NCBI GenBank assembly: GCA_965228475.1
Contig: OZ245817.1
Location: 4,080,931 to 4,112,930 of the forward strand
DNA length: 32,000 bases
Reading direction: 5' to 3'
Origin: Myxococcota bacterium
Lineage (GTDB): Bacteria > Myxococcota_A > UBA9160 > JAFDDA01
Part shown: positions 16,295 through 24,360 of the stretch, piece by piece
Layout: every line of letters starts with the position of its first letter
Position numbering within the stretch: the first letter of the stretch is position 1
Translations under genes and position numbers: made by a program
The notes under the pieces: model-generated
What the model was told of the DNA's origin: nothing
The model's input: the letters and a program-made list of their open reading frames with translations, nothing else
Databases searched by the model: none

Positions 16295-17027
16295 GAGTCG
16301 GGGTTTCGCTCGTGCGCCCGGCGCGCGCCGGATCCGCCAGGGCCTCGAGCGGCCCCCGGTCGTGGACGCGCACGACGCCCGACTCGCTCGAGAGCCAGCC
16401 TTCCTGCTCGAAGGCACGCATCTGCTTGTTCACCGCCTCCCGGGTCGCCCCGACGAGGTTGCCGAGCTCGGTCTGGGACAGCTTGAGGTCGATGCGCAGG
16501 CCGTCGGACTCCTCGACGCCGTACTCGTCCGCCAGGGCGAGCAGGGAGCGGGCCAGGCGGTTCGGGAGGTTGCGGAAGAGCGTGTCCTCCATGACCTCGC
16601 TCACGTGAGTGAGGCGCTCGGCCAGGGACGACATGCAGGCGATGGCGATCTCGGGCTGGCGCCGCATCACGTCGAGGAGGTCCCGCCGGTGGATCACGAG
16701 GAGCTCCGCGGGCGTCAGCGCGGTCACGGTCGCGGTGCGGCGGCCGCCGAAGAGCATCGCGACCTCCCCGATGACCTCGCCTTCCTTCATGATCGAGAAG
16801 GTGATCTCCCGGCCGTCCTCGGAGGTCGACGCTGCCTTGAGGCTGCCGCGAAGGACGGCGTAGGCCTCGTTTCCCTCGTCTCCCTTGTGAAAGAGCTCCT
16901 CGCGGGCGGCCAGCTTCTTGCGGACGGTCCGCTCGGCGAGCAGGTCGAGTTCGGCCTCGCCGAGCGACGCGAACACGAAGATCTGCGAAAGCAGCTGACG
17001 GCGATCGACGACGGCGGTGTCGCTCAT
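16290..17027 (-). CDS. Crp/Fnr-family cyclic-nucleotide-binding transcriptional regulator (proximal copy)
   Basis: I chose ATG 17027 (MSDTAVVDRRQLLSQIFVFASL); the ORF-track extension to 17354 is Arg/Ala-rich off-frame-type sequence. Phosphate-binding cassette is GEVAMLFGGRRTATV and the HTH is LSQTELGNLVGATREAVNKQM. The ATG overlaps the upstream stop as ATGA. Confidence 0.85.
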   Translation of the reverse strand: MSDTAVVDRRQLLSQIFVFASLGEAELDLLAERTVRKKLAAREELFHKGDEGNEAYAVLRGSLKAASTSEDGREITFSIMKEGEVIGEVAMLFGGRRTATVTALTPAELLVIHRRDLLDVMRRQPEIAIACMSSLAERLTHVSEVMEDTLFRNLPNRLARSLLALADEYGVEESDGLRIDLKLSQTELGNLVGATREAVNKQMRAFEQEGWLSSESGVVRVHDRGPLEALADPARAGRTSETPTL

Positions 17028-17434
17028 GGCCCGTCCAGACGATGGTTCCGCCCGGTCACGAGGTAGGCCACGCCCGCCACGAGCAGGCCGATGGCCGTCG
17101 CACTGGAGAGGTTCACGCCGAAGCACGGCCAGCCGCACTCGGGCGTGGCGAGCGAGATGAACAGCACCGGAAAGATCACGAGCGCGCCGACGAGCGGCCC
17201 GCGCAGCCACCACGGCTCGGGCCAGGTCGAGACCCCGACCCAGAAGCCGACGAGCATCCGCGCCGTGTAGAACGCCCAGACCATGCGCGAGCCGTCGAGG
17301 TAGTGCGTGTCGAACTTGTAGGGGATCGGGCCGTGCAGATACTGCGGCAGCCACCCGAGTGCGATGCCGAGCACTGCGCAGAGTGCGACGTACGGGACGT
17401 TCCGGCGCGCGCCATCCTGCGAGAACTCAGACAA
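17024..17434 (-). CDS. Small integral membrane protein (about 4 TM helices), function unknown
   Basis: Four hydrophobic segments: VALCAVLGIALGWL, MVWAFYTARMLVGFWVGV, LVGALVIFPVLFISLA and ATAIGLLVAGVAYLV. There is a PECGWPC loop. TTG 17434 has GGGAGGAA about 5 nt upstream and overlaps the methyltransferase stop by 8 nt. The stop overlaps the crp ATG (ATGA). Confidence 0.6.
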   Translation of the reverse strand: MSEFSQDGARRNVPYVALCAVLGIALGWLPQYLHGPIPYKFDTHYLDGSRMVWAFYTARMLVGFWVGVSTWPEPWWLRGPLVGALVIFPVLFISLATPECGWPCFGVNLSSATAIGLLVAGVAYLVTGRNHRLDGP

Positions 17435-18566
17435 GCGTTTCCTCCCGAGGCGCCCGGCCGGCGACGAGATGATACGCCTGGGTCCGGTTGGTCTCGAGGA
17501 ACGCCTCCGAGGCACGCAGGAAGACCCGGAAGGCCCGGACCGACTCCTCGCCGAAGCGTTCCGCCAGGGCCTTCTCTTCCCGCTCCAGCGCGTCCGCCCA
17601 GTCGCGACAGGTCCATGCGTAGGAGATCGTGTCGTCGACGAGTTCGTGCACGTTGAAGCCCTGGGCGACGAGCGCTTCGAGGAGCTTCGGCACGTTCACG
17701 TAGCGGGCGGTGCCCGGGAAGATGTAGCGGCCGAGGAACGCGCCGACCTGGAACCCGCTTCGCTCGCTGCAGAAGTCCGCCCAGAGGCGGCCGTCGTCGC
17801 GGAGGTGGGTCGCGAGGAAGCGGGCGGCATAGGCGTAGTCGGTGAAGTGCTCGAAGGTTCCCATGAAGACCGCGCCGTCGAAGGGCATGGCGGGCTCGAA
17901 GTCGAGCAGGTCGATCCGTTCGACGCAGCAGGGGAGCGAACGCTCGCGAATCAATCCTTCGACGAAACGCCGCTGTTCCTCCGAGAGCGTGATGCCGTGC
18001 ACCTCGATTCCGCGGAGTCCGGCGAATTCGAGGAACGAGCCCCAGCCGCAGCCCATGTCGAGCACACGCATGCCCGGTTCGAGCCCGAGCGTCTCGATGG
18101 CGCGCTCGAACTTGCGGGCCTGGGCCTCCTCGGGAAGATCGTCTTCGGACGCGTAGAGCCCGTGCGAGTAGGAGCGCCAGCGCTCGAACCAGGGCAGGAA
18201 GAACTCGGGCGGGCGATCGTAGTGGAAGGCCACGGACTCGCGCTGCAGGCTGCGGCGGTCGCGGAGCAGGAGCTGTGCCGCGAAGCGCAGCCGCTCGTAG
18301 AGCGAGGGGTCCGGGGCGATCACCTCGGTGAGTCGGATGACTTCGCGGAAGTCCCCTTCGACGTCGATCGCGCCGTGCAGATAGGCCTCGGCGACGCCGA
18401 GCAGGTCCTGCCGCTCGAGGGCGCAGAGCGCCTCGTCTTCGTGGAACACGACCCGCGTTCGCTCCGGGTCCGGGCCGACCCGGTGGAGCACCTCGCTCTC
18501 GTTCTCGAGGGTGAGGTTGGCGCCGGCCTCCGCGAGGGCGTCGATGAGCGGGACGAGGGCGTTCAC
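17427..18566 (-). CDS. Cyclopropane-fatty-acyl-phospholipid synthase family SAM-dependent methyltransferase
   Basis: FHYDRPPEFF, SYSHGLY, LEEAQARKFE and the SAM motif I MRVLDMGCGWGSF are typical of the CMAS/CFA-synthase family. GTG 18566 forms a GTGA overlap with the giant-gene stop. The ORF-track extension to 19649 is off-frame-type sequence inside the giant gene. Confidence 0.8.
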   Translation of the reverse strand: MNALVPLIDALAEAGANLTLENESEVLHRVGPDPERTRVVFHEDEALCALERQDLLGVAEAYLHGAIDVEGDFREVIRLTEVIAPDPSLYERLRFAAQLLLRDRRSLQRESVAFHYDRPPEFFLPWFERWRSYSHGLYASEDDLPEEAQARKFERAIETLGLEPGMRVLDMGCGWGSFLEFAGLRGIEVHGITLSEEQRRFVEGLIRERSLPCCVERIDLLDFEPAMPFDGAVFMGTFEHFTDYAYAARFLATHLRDDGRLWADFCSERSGFQVGAFLGRYIFPGTARYVNVPKLLEALVAQGFNVHELVDDTISYAWTCRDWADALEREEKALAERFGEESVRAFRVFLRASEAFLETNRTQAYHLVAGRAPREETLV

Positions 18567-21500
18567 GCGGCGCTCTTCGACCCCTCCGGGCGCGTGCGCC
18601 GGCGCCGCAGGCGCGCCAGGCCGAGCAGGCCGATCAGCTCGGGGCCGAGCCCGCAGCCACCGGCCTTTTCCTTCGCAACGTAGGGGTTCCCGTTGCACTG
18701 CGGGTCGGGCAGGCCGAAGCCGCCGCCGTCGTAGTCCGTGAAGCCGTCGGCGTCGTTGTCGAGACCGTCGCTGCAGGCCGGGTCTTCCCGGGCGCCGTCG
18801 GGGGCGATGCAGCCCGGATCGCCACCGACGTCGGAGCCGTAGTCGCCGTCGTTGTCCCGGCCGTCGTCGCACACCAGCAGGTTCGAGCGCTCGCTCGTGT
18901 CCGCACCGTCGTCGCAGCCGGCGTCGGCGAGATCCACGAGGCCGTCGCCGTCGTTGTCGATGCCGTCGCTGCAGGCGTTGCCGCCTCCGACGTAGGCGCA
19001 AAGAGAATCGCAGACGCCATCGATGCCGTTCTGCGAACCGTGGTCGCAGCCTTCTCCGTACTCCTGGATGCCGTTGCCGCAGCTCTGGCGGTCGCAGGCA
19101 TCGCCGATGCCGTCGCCATCGACGTCGAGCTGATCGCCGTTGGCGACGTCCTGGCAGTTGTCGATCGGGTCGGCGAGGCCGTCGCCGTCCGCGTCGGCCG
19201 CGGTGGCGATGGTCGTCGTGCCGAGGTCGCAGGTGGCACCTTCGTTGCACTGAGAGTCGTTGTCGCAGGAGCCGTCGCCGTCGGAGCAGCGGCCGCGCGT
19301 CACGTAGCGCTGGCGGCCGTCCTCCGCCTCCTCGAGCGTGGCGAAGAGCGCCTCCGGGTTCAGACCGTCGTCGACGCAGACCTCGGTGGCCGCGCACTCG
19401 GCGTCGGTCAGGCACGGCCCGGTGATGTCCTTGCAGGTGAAGGACCCCGGAACGCCGAGCACGGGGGAGCAGAACTCGTCCCCGGGGCACGAGTCCGGAA
19501 CCTCGGGGTTGCAGCCCGAGCCGGTGTCGAAGAGGCAGCCACCCGGCGGGAAGTAGCATTCGCCTCCGCCCGAGCAGTCGGCATTGCTCGCACAGCCCGC
19601 CGCCGTGACGGTGCAGATGCCCGCGACCGCTCCACCGACGATGTCGCACGCGTCCTCCATCGATCCGCCGGCGATCAACGCCTCCGGGTTGAAGTGCTGG
19701 ATGACGAGGTTCAACGGCCCGCCGCTCTGGTCGAGGTCGTTCCCGCCCTGCTGGGCCTCGAGCGTGAGGAAGCTCACCTTCGTGCCGAGGACGCGGTACG
19801 GGATGCGCGGATCACAGGCTTCCACCGGGCACGGAATGGCGGCCTGCATGCCGTTGTAGGTGCGGCCCGTGGACAGGTCCATGACGTGCATGACCGAATC
19901 GAAGAGATCGCCGTCCGCCACGCCTCCCACGATCGGCGGCACGACGCCGTTCAGGTTGACCCCCTCCCCTTCTTCGCTCACCCGGAACGCGATGATGTCC
20001 TCTCCGAGGACGAAGTCGTCGACGGCGGGGTTGAAGCGAGCCACGCCCTGGTCGTCGAGGAAGGCGACGGGCTGTCCGCTGGCGTCGTAGACGTGCAACA
20101 CGCGGTCGAGCTGATCGCCGTCTCCGTTCAAGGCGGCTCCCTGGTCCGCCTCCGGCACGGTGAAGGCGACGAAGCCTCCGACGGTCTGGACGTCGTCCGC
20201 GGCCAGGAAAAGGTTCTGCCAGGTCCCGCTCGTTCCCGTCGCCGTGTCGTTCAGATGGACGACGAGGTCGTCCATGTCGCCATCGCCGTTCAGGAAGAGG
20301 CCTTCCTGCGCCTCCGAGGCCAGGGCTGCAACGACCTGACTCGAAACCGCGACCTGATCGGCGGCCAGGGCCAGGTTCACCGCGGGGCCGGCCTGGCGGT
20401 TGCGGTAGAGCTGGACGACGAGGTCGTCGAAGTCGCCGTCGCCGTTGTGGTCGACTCCAGCGCCCGCCGCGGACTCGTCGGCCAGGAAGGCCGCGTTGCC
20501 ATCGCGCACGCTGACGGCCTCGGCGCTGCCGAAGCGAAGGACGGTGAAGGGGCCGACCGCCTGCGTGTCCGCGACCGCGAGCACCGTGTCGCGCGAGTCC
20601 CCGTCGCCGTTCAGGTCGTTGCTCGCGCCGTCGAGCGCGGGTTTGCGGAGGTAGCGGCCGCCCGGAAGCAGCTTGGCGTGGAAGACCGTCTCGGCGTCCC
20701 CCTGGATCTGCCCGGAAGTGTCGGGCTGATTGCCGAGTCCGTCGGGGAAAAACGAGAAGATCCTGGTGACTCGGTCCACGAACTGCGGAGCGAAGCTCCC
20801 GGAAGGATGGCCACCGAAGTAGAAGGGCTGGACGAGTGCGTAGCGGCCGTCCGAAGAGAGCGTGCCTCCCTGGCTGGGCGTGTCGAAGCCCAGCGTGGAG
20901 AGCCCGACCTCCTCGCGCGACACCGTCCCCGGCTCGTCGAAGATGCCGTCGTCGTCGCCGTCCCGATCGTAGATGACCGCCAACCCGCCGGGCTGCCAGC
21001 CCATGATCACGCGGCCGTCGTCGCTCATGTCCGTCGGGATGATCCACTGGGTGTCGAGCAGGGAGGGCGAGACGAACTCGGCTTCGCCGCTCTCGTCGTA
21101 GATTCCGTCGCCATCGAGGTCTCGGTCGAGGATGAAGGCGTCGCTGCGCAGGTTCGTATCCCCCGCGATGAGGTTCGACGCCGTCGAGCGGAAGAGAACG
21201 TAACGGCCGTCGCGAGACATCTCCGCCGGCGTGAACAGGTCGTCGTTGGGCGCCACGCCCACCCCGAGCACGGCGTCACTCGCCCGATAGCTCGCGATCG
21301 CCCCGGGCTCGTCGTAGATCCCGTCTTCGTCGGTGTCCCGGTCGTGGATGACGAGCTCGCTGTCCAGGAACGCGTCGCCAGCGATCATGTTCGTCGCGCT
21401 GGAGGCGAAGACCACGAACCTTCCGTCGTCGCTCATGCGCGGACGCGAGGAGCCGTTGTTGGCCTGGACACCGGCCGAGCTCACGCTCACCCGGACGTTC

Positions 21501-24148
21501 GCCACGAAACCCGGCTCGTCGTAGATCCCGTCCTCGTCGGTGTCCCGGTCGTGGATGAACACGTCGTCGCTGCCGTTCGTGTCGCCCGCGATCAGGTTGC
21601 TCGCGTCCGAGGAAAAGGCCACGTAGCGGCCGTCGGCGCTGATGTCTCCGATGTGGTGGTCCCCGGCGACGGGGTTGCCCAGGGTGTCGAGGCTCACGGT
21701 GATCCGGACGAAGCCTTCGTCGAGGATGCCGTCGAGATCGTCGTCCCTGTCGTAGACCTCGAGGAACGAGCTCGTCTCGTTCTGGTAGGCGATCCAGCGC
21801 TGGTTGCTCGAAAAGCGCAGCTCGTCGCCGAGGAACGAACGGTTGGCGACCTGCCAGCTTGCACCCCCTCGCTCCGACTCGCGAAAGAAGACCAGGCCGT
21901 CGGACACCGCCAGGGTCTGCCCGTTGACGTCCGCGATCGGATCGACTGCGAGATCGAGGCCGGCGGTCAGCTCGGTCGGAGCGGGCGTTTCGATCCGGAA
22001 GACTCGCAGGAGCGTGTCCAGACGGTCGCCGTCGCCGTTCAACCCGCCCAAGACCGACGGGGACTCCCATCGCTCCGCCTCGAGGAAGGCGGCGATGTCG
22101 TCCTCGATCGCCAGCGGCGGGAAACGATAGATCCCGTCCCGGACGCGGGCAGAGGCCCGGCCGGTTCCGCCGACCCGGCGCGCGATGTCCGCGGAATCCG
22201 CACTGTCGTCGATCTTGAGGTCGATGATCGTCTCGTCCGTCGAGTCGCCGTCGAGGTTGAGATCGGTGGACTCGAGCCGTTCCGAGCGCACGAACGCGAA
22301 CAGGTCGTCGGTCTGGGCCAGCGACTCGATCGCGACGGGGTTCAGGGCCTCGGCGGTGTACTCGGCGCTCGCCAGGAGGATCGGGCCGGTTCCGCCCGAG
22401 TAGCGATCGCTGAAGTCGAAGTTGCTCGGACCACACTCCCCGCCGGGACAGGCGCCATCCCCGGTGCACGCGACCCCGTCGTTGACGCCACCCCGGCAGA
22501 GCGCCTGGACGCAGGTCGAGGACGGACACTCGAAGTCGGCGATACAGGCCAGCCCGCCCCGGGTCCCGGCGGCGCACTCGCGGAACTCGGGGCTCCGGCG
22601 CAGCACGCGGATCACGCCGATCTCGGCATCCGTGGACCCGAACAGCGTCGTGTCGGTGCTCGTGGGGTTGGAGAGTGGGTTGAACAGCGGATCGACTCGT
22701 AGCCCCTTCTGCGAGAGCGACTGCAGGAAACGCGCGCCGGGAATCTCGATCGGCGCTCCCGGCGTCTGGTTCGCCTCGGGCGGCGCCCCAGTGAACGCAG
22801 CGATCGAGCTCTGGATCTGGACGAGGCGTGGAATGGGCAGGGTTCGTGGCTGGACGAGAACGCCCCGCCAGTCCACCGGAATGACCAGGTTGCCCTCGGC
22901 GTCCGTCGTGAACTGGACGTCGGCGCCGCTGTTGTTGCAGCTCACCGACGGGTTCCCGGCGGTGCAGATGTCTTGAAAATCATTGGGCGCGGGCAGCGCC
23001 GTCACGCCGGCGAACTGCTCGTGGGCGTTCTCCGGTCCCGCCTCACAGGTCCCGTCGGAGGCGTAGATCCGGTCGATGCAGGCAACGAGGCCGCCTGGCG
23101 CACCTGGCCCCCCGCACTCGGTCGTCGCGAGGGCGCACGGCAGTGCGGCGCCGCTTGGAGAGACCGCAAGGGTCGTCGGGCCCACGAAAGCGGTATCCGG
23201 AAAAGCGAAGGAGATGGCATCGGCCTGGACGCTCGGCGACAGGTCGTCGCGGCAGGTCGCAGTCCCGCCGCCCAGACTCGCGTTGCAGGCGGCGACCTGA
23301 CTGACGAATGCGGTGCAGTCCCCACCGGGCCCCGGGATGATCACGGCGTTCGCCGGACCCGAGGGCGGCTCGAAGAGGACCGTCGTCGTGGCGGGGCTCG
23401 CCGAATCGTGCAGGGTGAAGTTGTCGATCGCCCACCAGTCGTTGGCCGCCTGCTTGAGCTCGGCCAGAATTCGAAGCTCGTCCACGTCGGCAAGGAGTGC
23501 AGCCCAGCTCCCCGAAACGAGCTGCCAGTTCCCGGTCGGCCCCGCGCTCGAGATCGGGATGTCGAAGCCGCTGCCCCATTGCTCGAAGGGGATGGCCGAG
23601 ATCTCGGCCTGGTCGGCCTGGTACTCGGCGACGCCTCCGGGGCCTTCGATGCGGATCAGCGCGACCGGGGCCGTGAGGTACGGGCCGGCATCGAACCCGG
23701 TCCAGTGCTCCCACGAGATCCGGTTCACGCCTCGCGCCAGCCAATCGCCGAGGTACTGCGACGGCGCGAGCAGGCTCGCCACGTCGCCAGCGCTTCCGTC
23801 GCCGCCGAACAGCACGCGCCCGGGCGGAGGGTTCCTTCCGGCGTTGAAGAAGAAGGCGTGCGTCCCGAACGTCGCCCAGGCTTCCAAGCCGCCTGACTCG
23901 AAATCGCTCAGCGTGGCGGCCGAGCCGAAGCTCGTACCCGATTCGCACCCCGCCGGGTCGAGGGCGATGCGAACCGGGTCACCGGGGCTCGCGAACACCC
24001 GGTTCACGCTTCCCGCGGCGCCGCGAAACTCGGTCTCCGGCTGGGGAATGACGTCGCAGTACGAGGCAGCGGTGCTCGGCAGGAGCGCCGAGGCCAGGAC
24101 GGCCAGGGCAACGATCGCAAGTGAACCCGCGCGGCAGGAGATCTTCAT
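18563..24148 (-). CDS. Giant secreted acidic Ca-binding-repeat / Cys-rich surface protein, paralog A (1861 aa)
   Basis: ATG 24148 (MKISCRAGSLAIVALAVLASALLPSTAAS/YCDV) has GAGGGA 10 nt upstream. After the signal peptide comes a lectin/CBM-like module ending in DNFTL, then Cys-rich segments. Next are five PD40/TolB-like blades (S.DGR.V.F.S.A.NLIAGDTN), each followed by DRDxDxDGI[YF]DE. LNGDGDxxDxV[LV]H repeats follow, then thrombospondin type-3 repeats (DADGDGLADPIDNCQDVANGDQLDVDGDGIGDACD). A Myxococcus-type Cys-rich repeat (CGNGIQEYGEGCDHG...C) and three C.DG.DNDGDG modules come next. The C-terminal tail is GGCGLGPELIGLLGLARLRRRR. Confidence 0.85.
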   Translation of the reverse strand: MKISCRAGSLAIVALAVLASALLPSTAASYCDVIPQPETEFRGAAGSVNRVFASPGDPVRIALDPAGCESGTSFGSAATLSDFESGGLEAWATFGTHAFFFNAGRNPPPGRVLFGGDGSAGDVASLLAPSQYLGDWLARGVNRISWEHWTGFDAGPYLTAPVALIRIEGPGGVAEYQADQAEISAIPFEQWGSGFDIPISSAGPTGNWQLVSGSWAALLADVDELRILAELKQAANDWWAIDNFTLHDSASPATTTVLFEPPSGPANAVIIPGPGGDCTAFVSQVAACNASLGGGTATCRDDLSPSVQADAISFAFPDTAFVGPTTLAVSPSGAALPCALATTECGGPGAPGGLVACIDRIYASDGTCEAGPENAHEQFAGVTALPAPNDFQDICTAGNPSVSCNNSGADVQFTTDAEGNLVIPVDWRGVLVQPRTLPIPRLVQIQSSIAAFTGAPPEANQTPGAPIEIPGARFLQSLSQKGLRVDPLFNPLSNPTSTDTTLFGSTDAEIGVIRVLRRSPEFRECAAGTRGGLACIADFECPSSTCVQALCRGGVNDGVACTGDGACPGGECGPSNFDFSDRYSGGTGPILLASAEYTAEALNPVAIESLAQTDDLFAFVRSERLESTDLNLDGDSTDETIIDLKIDDSADSADIARRVGGTGRASARVRDGIYRFPPLAIEDDIAAFLEAERWESPSVLGGLNGDGDRLDTLLRVFRIETPAPTELTAGLDLAVDPIADVNGQTLAVSDGLVFFRESERGGASWQVANRSFLGDELRFSSNQRWIAYQNETSSFLEVYDRDDDLDGILDEGFVRITVSLDTLGNPVAGDHHIGDISADGRYVAFSSDASNLIAGDTNGSDDVFIHDRDTDEDGIYDEPGFVANVRVSVSSAGVQANNGSSRPRMSDDGRFVVFASSATNMIAGDAFLDSELVIHDRDTDEDGIYDEPGAIASYRASDAVLGVGVAPNDDLFTPAEMSRDGRYVLFRSTASNLIAGDTNLRSDAFILDRDLDGDGIYDESGEAEFVSPSLLDTQWIIPTDMSDDGRVIMGWQPGGLAVIYDRDGDDDGIFDEPGTVSREEVGLSTLGFDTPSQGGTLSSDGRYALVQPFYFGGHPSGSFAPQFVDRVTRIFSFFPDGLGNQPDTSGQIQGDAETVFHAKLLPGGRYLRKPALDGASNDLNGDGDSRDTVLAVADTQAVGPFTVLRFGSAEAVSVRDGNAAFLADESAAGAGVDHNGDGDFDDLVVQLYRNRQAGPAVNLALAADQVAVSSQVVAALASEAQEGLFLNGDGDMDDLVVHLNDTATGTSGTWQNLFLAADDVQTVGGFVAFTVPEADQGAALNGDGDQLDRVLHVYDASGQPVAFLDDQGVARFNPAVDDFVLGEDIIAFRVSEEGEGVNLNGVVPPIVGGVADGDLFDSVMHVMDLSTGRTYNGMQAAIPCPVEACDPRIPYRVLGTKVSFLTLEAQQGGNDLDQSGGPLNLVIQHFNPEALIAGGSMEDACDIVGGAVAGICTVTAAGCASNADCSGGGECYFPPGGCLFDTGSGCNPEVPDSCPGDEFCSPVLGVPGSFTCKDITGPCLTDAECAATEVCVDDGLNPEALFATLEEAEDGRQRYVTRGRCSDGDGSCDNDSQCNEGATCDLGTTTIATAADADGDGLADPIDNCQDVANGDQLDVDGDGIGDACDRQSCGNGIQEYGEGCDHGSQNGIDGVCDSLCAYVGGGNACSDGIDNDGDGLVDLADAGCDDGADTSERSNLLVCDDGRDNDGDYGSDVGGDPGCIAPDGAREDPACSDGLDNDADGFTDYDGGGFGLPDPQCNGNPYVAKEKAGGCGLGPELIGLLGLARLRRRRTRPEGSKSAA

Positions 24149-24202
24149 CGTCAGTGCGTCCCTCATCATGGACGGAGCTTCCGCAATCCTGGCCGCCGGC
24201 TC

Positions 24203-24218
24203 TGTGAAGCACTTCACA
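24203..24218. promoter_or_regulatory. Perfect CRP-type palindrome TGTGA-N6-TCACA upstream of giant paralog A
   Basis: TGTGAAGCACTTCACA extends to the 18-bp perfect palindrome CTGTGAAGCACTTCACAG. Its centre is 62.5 nt upstream of ATG 24148, in the 208-nt gap between the two giant genes. Confidence 0.65.
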
Positions 24219-24226
24219 GGAAAGAT

Positions 24227-24248
24227 CGAAAAGTGGGGCGCGAGCCCC
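24227..24248 (-). terminator. Weak candidate terminator after giant paralog B
   Basis: On the minus strand, GGGGC-tcgc-GCCCC (5-bp stem) is followed by ACTTTTCGATCTTTCC. It lies between the paralog B stop and the CRP box of paralog A. The stem is short and the homologous position upstream of paralog B folds differently. Confidence 0.3.
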
Positions 24249-24309
24249 CCGAGGAAGTCTGGACGGTGGCCGTATTGTACTCTCAGGCGGCCCCTCGAGG
24301 GACCCTGAG

Positions 24310-24360
24310 TCAGCGCTTTTGGCCGACGCGGGCCCCGATGAGCGGGACGAGGGCGTTCAC
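24310..24360 (-). pseudogene. Duplication scar: 16-codon remnant of the methyltransferase 5' end
   Basis: Nt 24336-24366 repeat nt 18542-18572 almost exactly (cgatgagcgggacgagggcgttcacgcgg). This preserves the GTGA stop/start overlap after paralog B. The remnant reads VNALVPLIGARVGQKR*; its first 8 residues are identical to the methyltransferase N-terminus VNALVPLIDAL. Confidence 0.65.

Noticed and set aside
24165-24200. Possible sigma-54 (-24 GG / -12 TTGC) element, GGCGGCCAGGATTGC, downstream of the CRP box of paralog A
   Set aside because: GG-to-GC spacing is off by one from the TGGCAC-N5-TTGC consensus, and the TTGC is not conserved in the paralog B leader (ATCGC).
24149-24217. N-terminal extensions of the giant genes to 24217 (MKCFTEP...) and 30119 (MRPPRPG...)
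   Set aside because: The extended starts lie in or upstream of the CRP palindromes and would bury the signal peptide. The MKIS starts have GAGGGA SD sequences and give canonical signal peptides in both paralogs.
24271-24285. TACAAT hexamer (minus strand) conserved upstream of both CRP boxes as a possible -10 element
   Set aside because: It lies 55 nt upstream of the box with no convincing -35. Its conservation is explained by the duplication itself. It is kept only as part of the duplication evidence.
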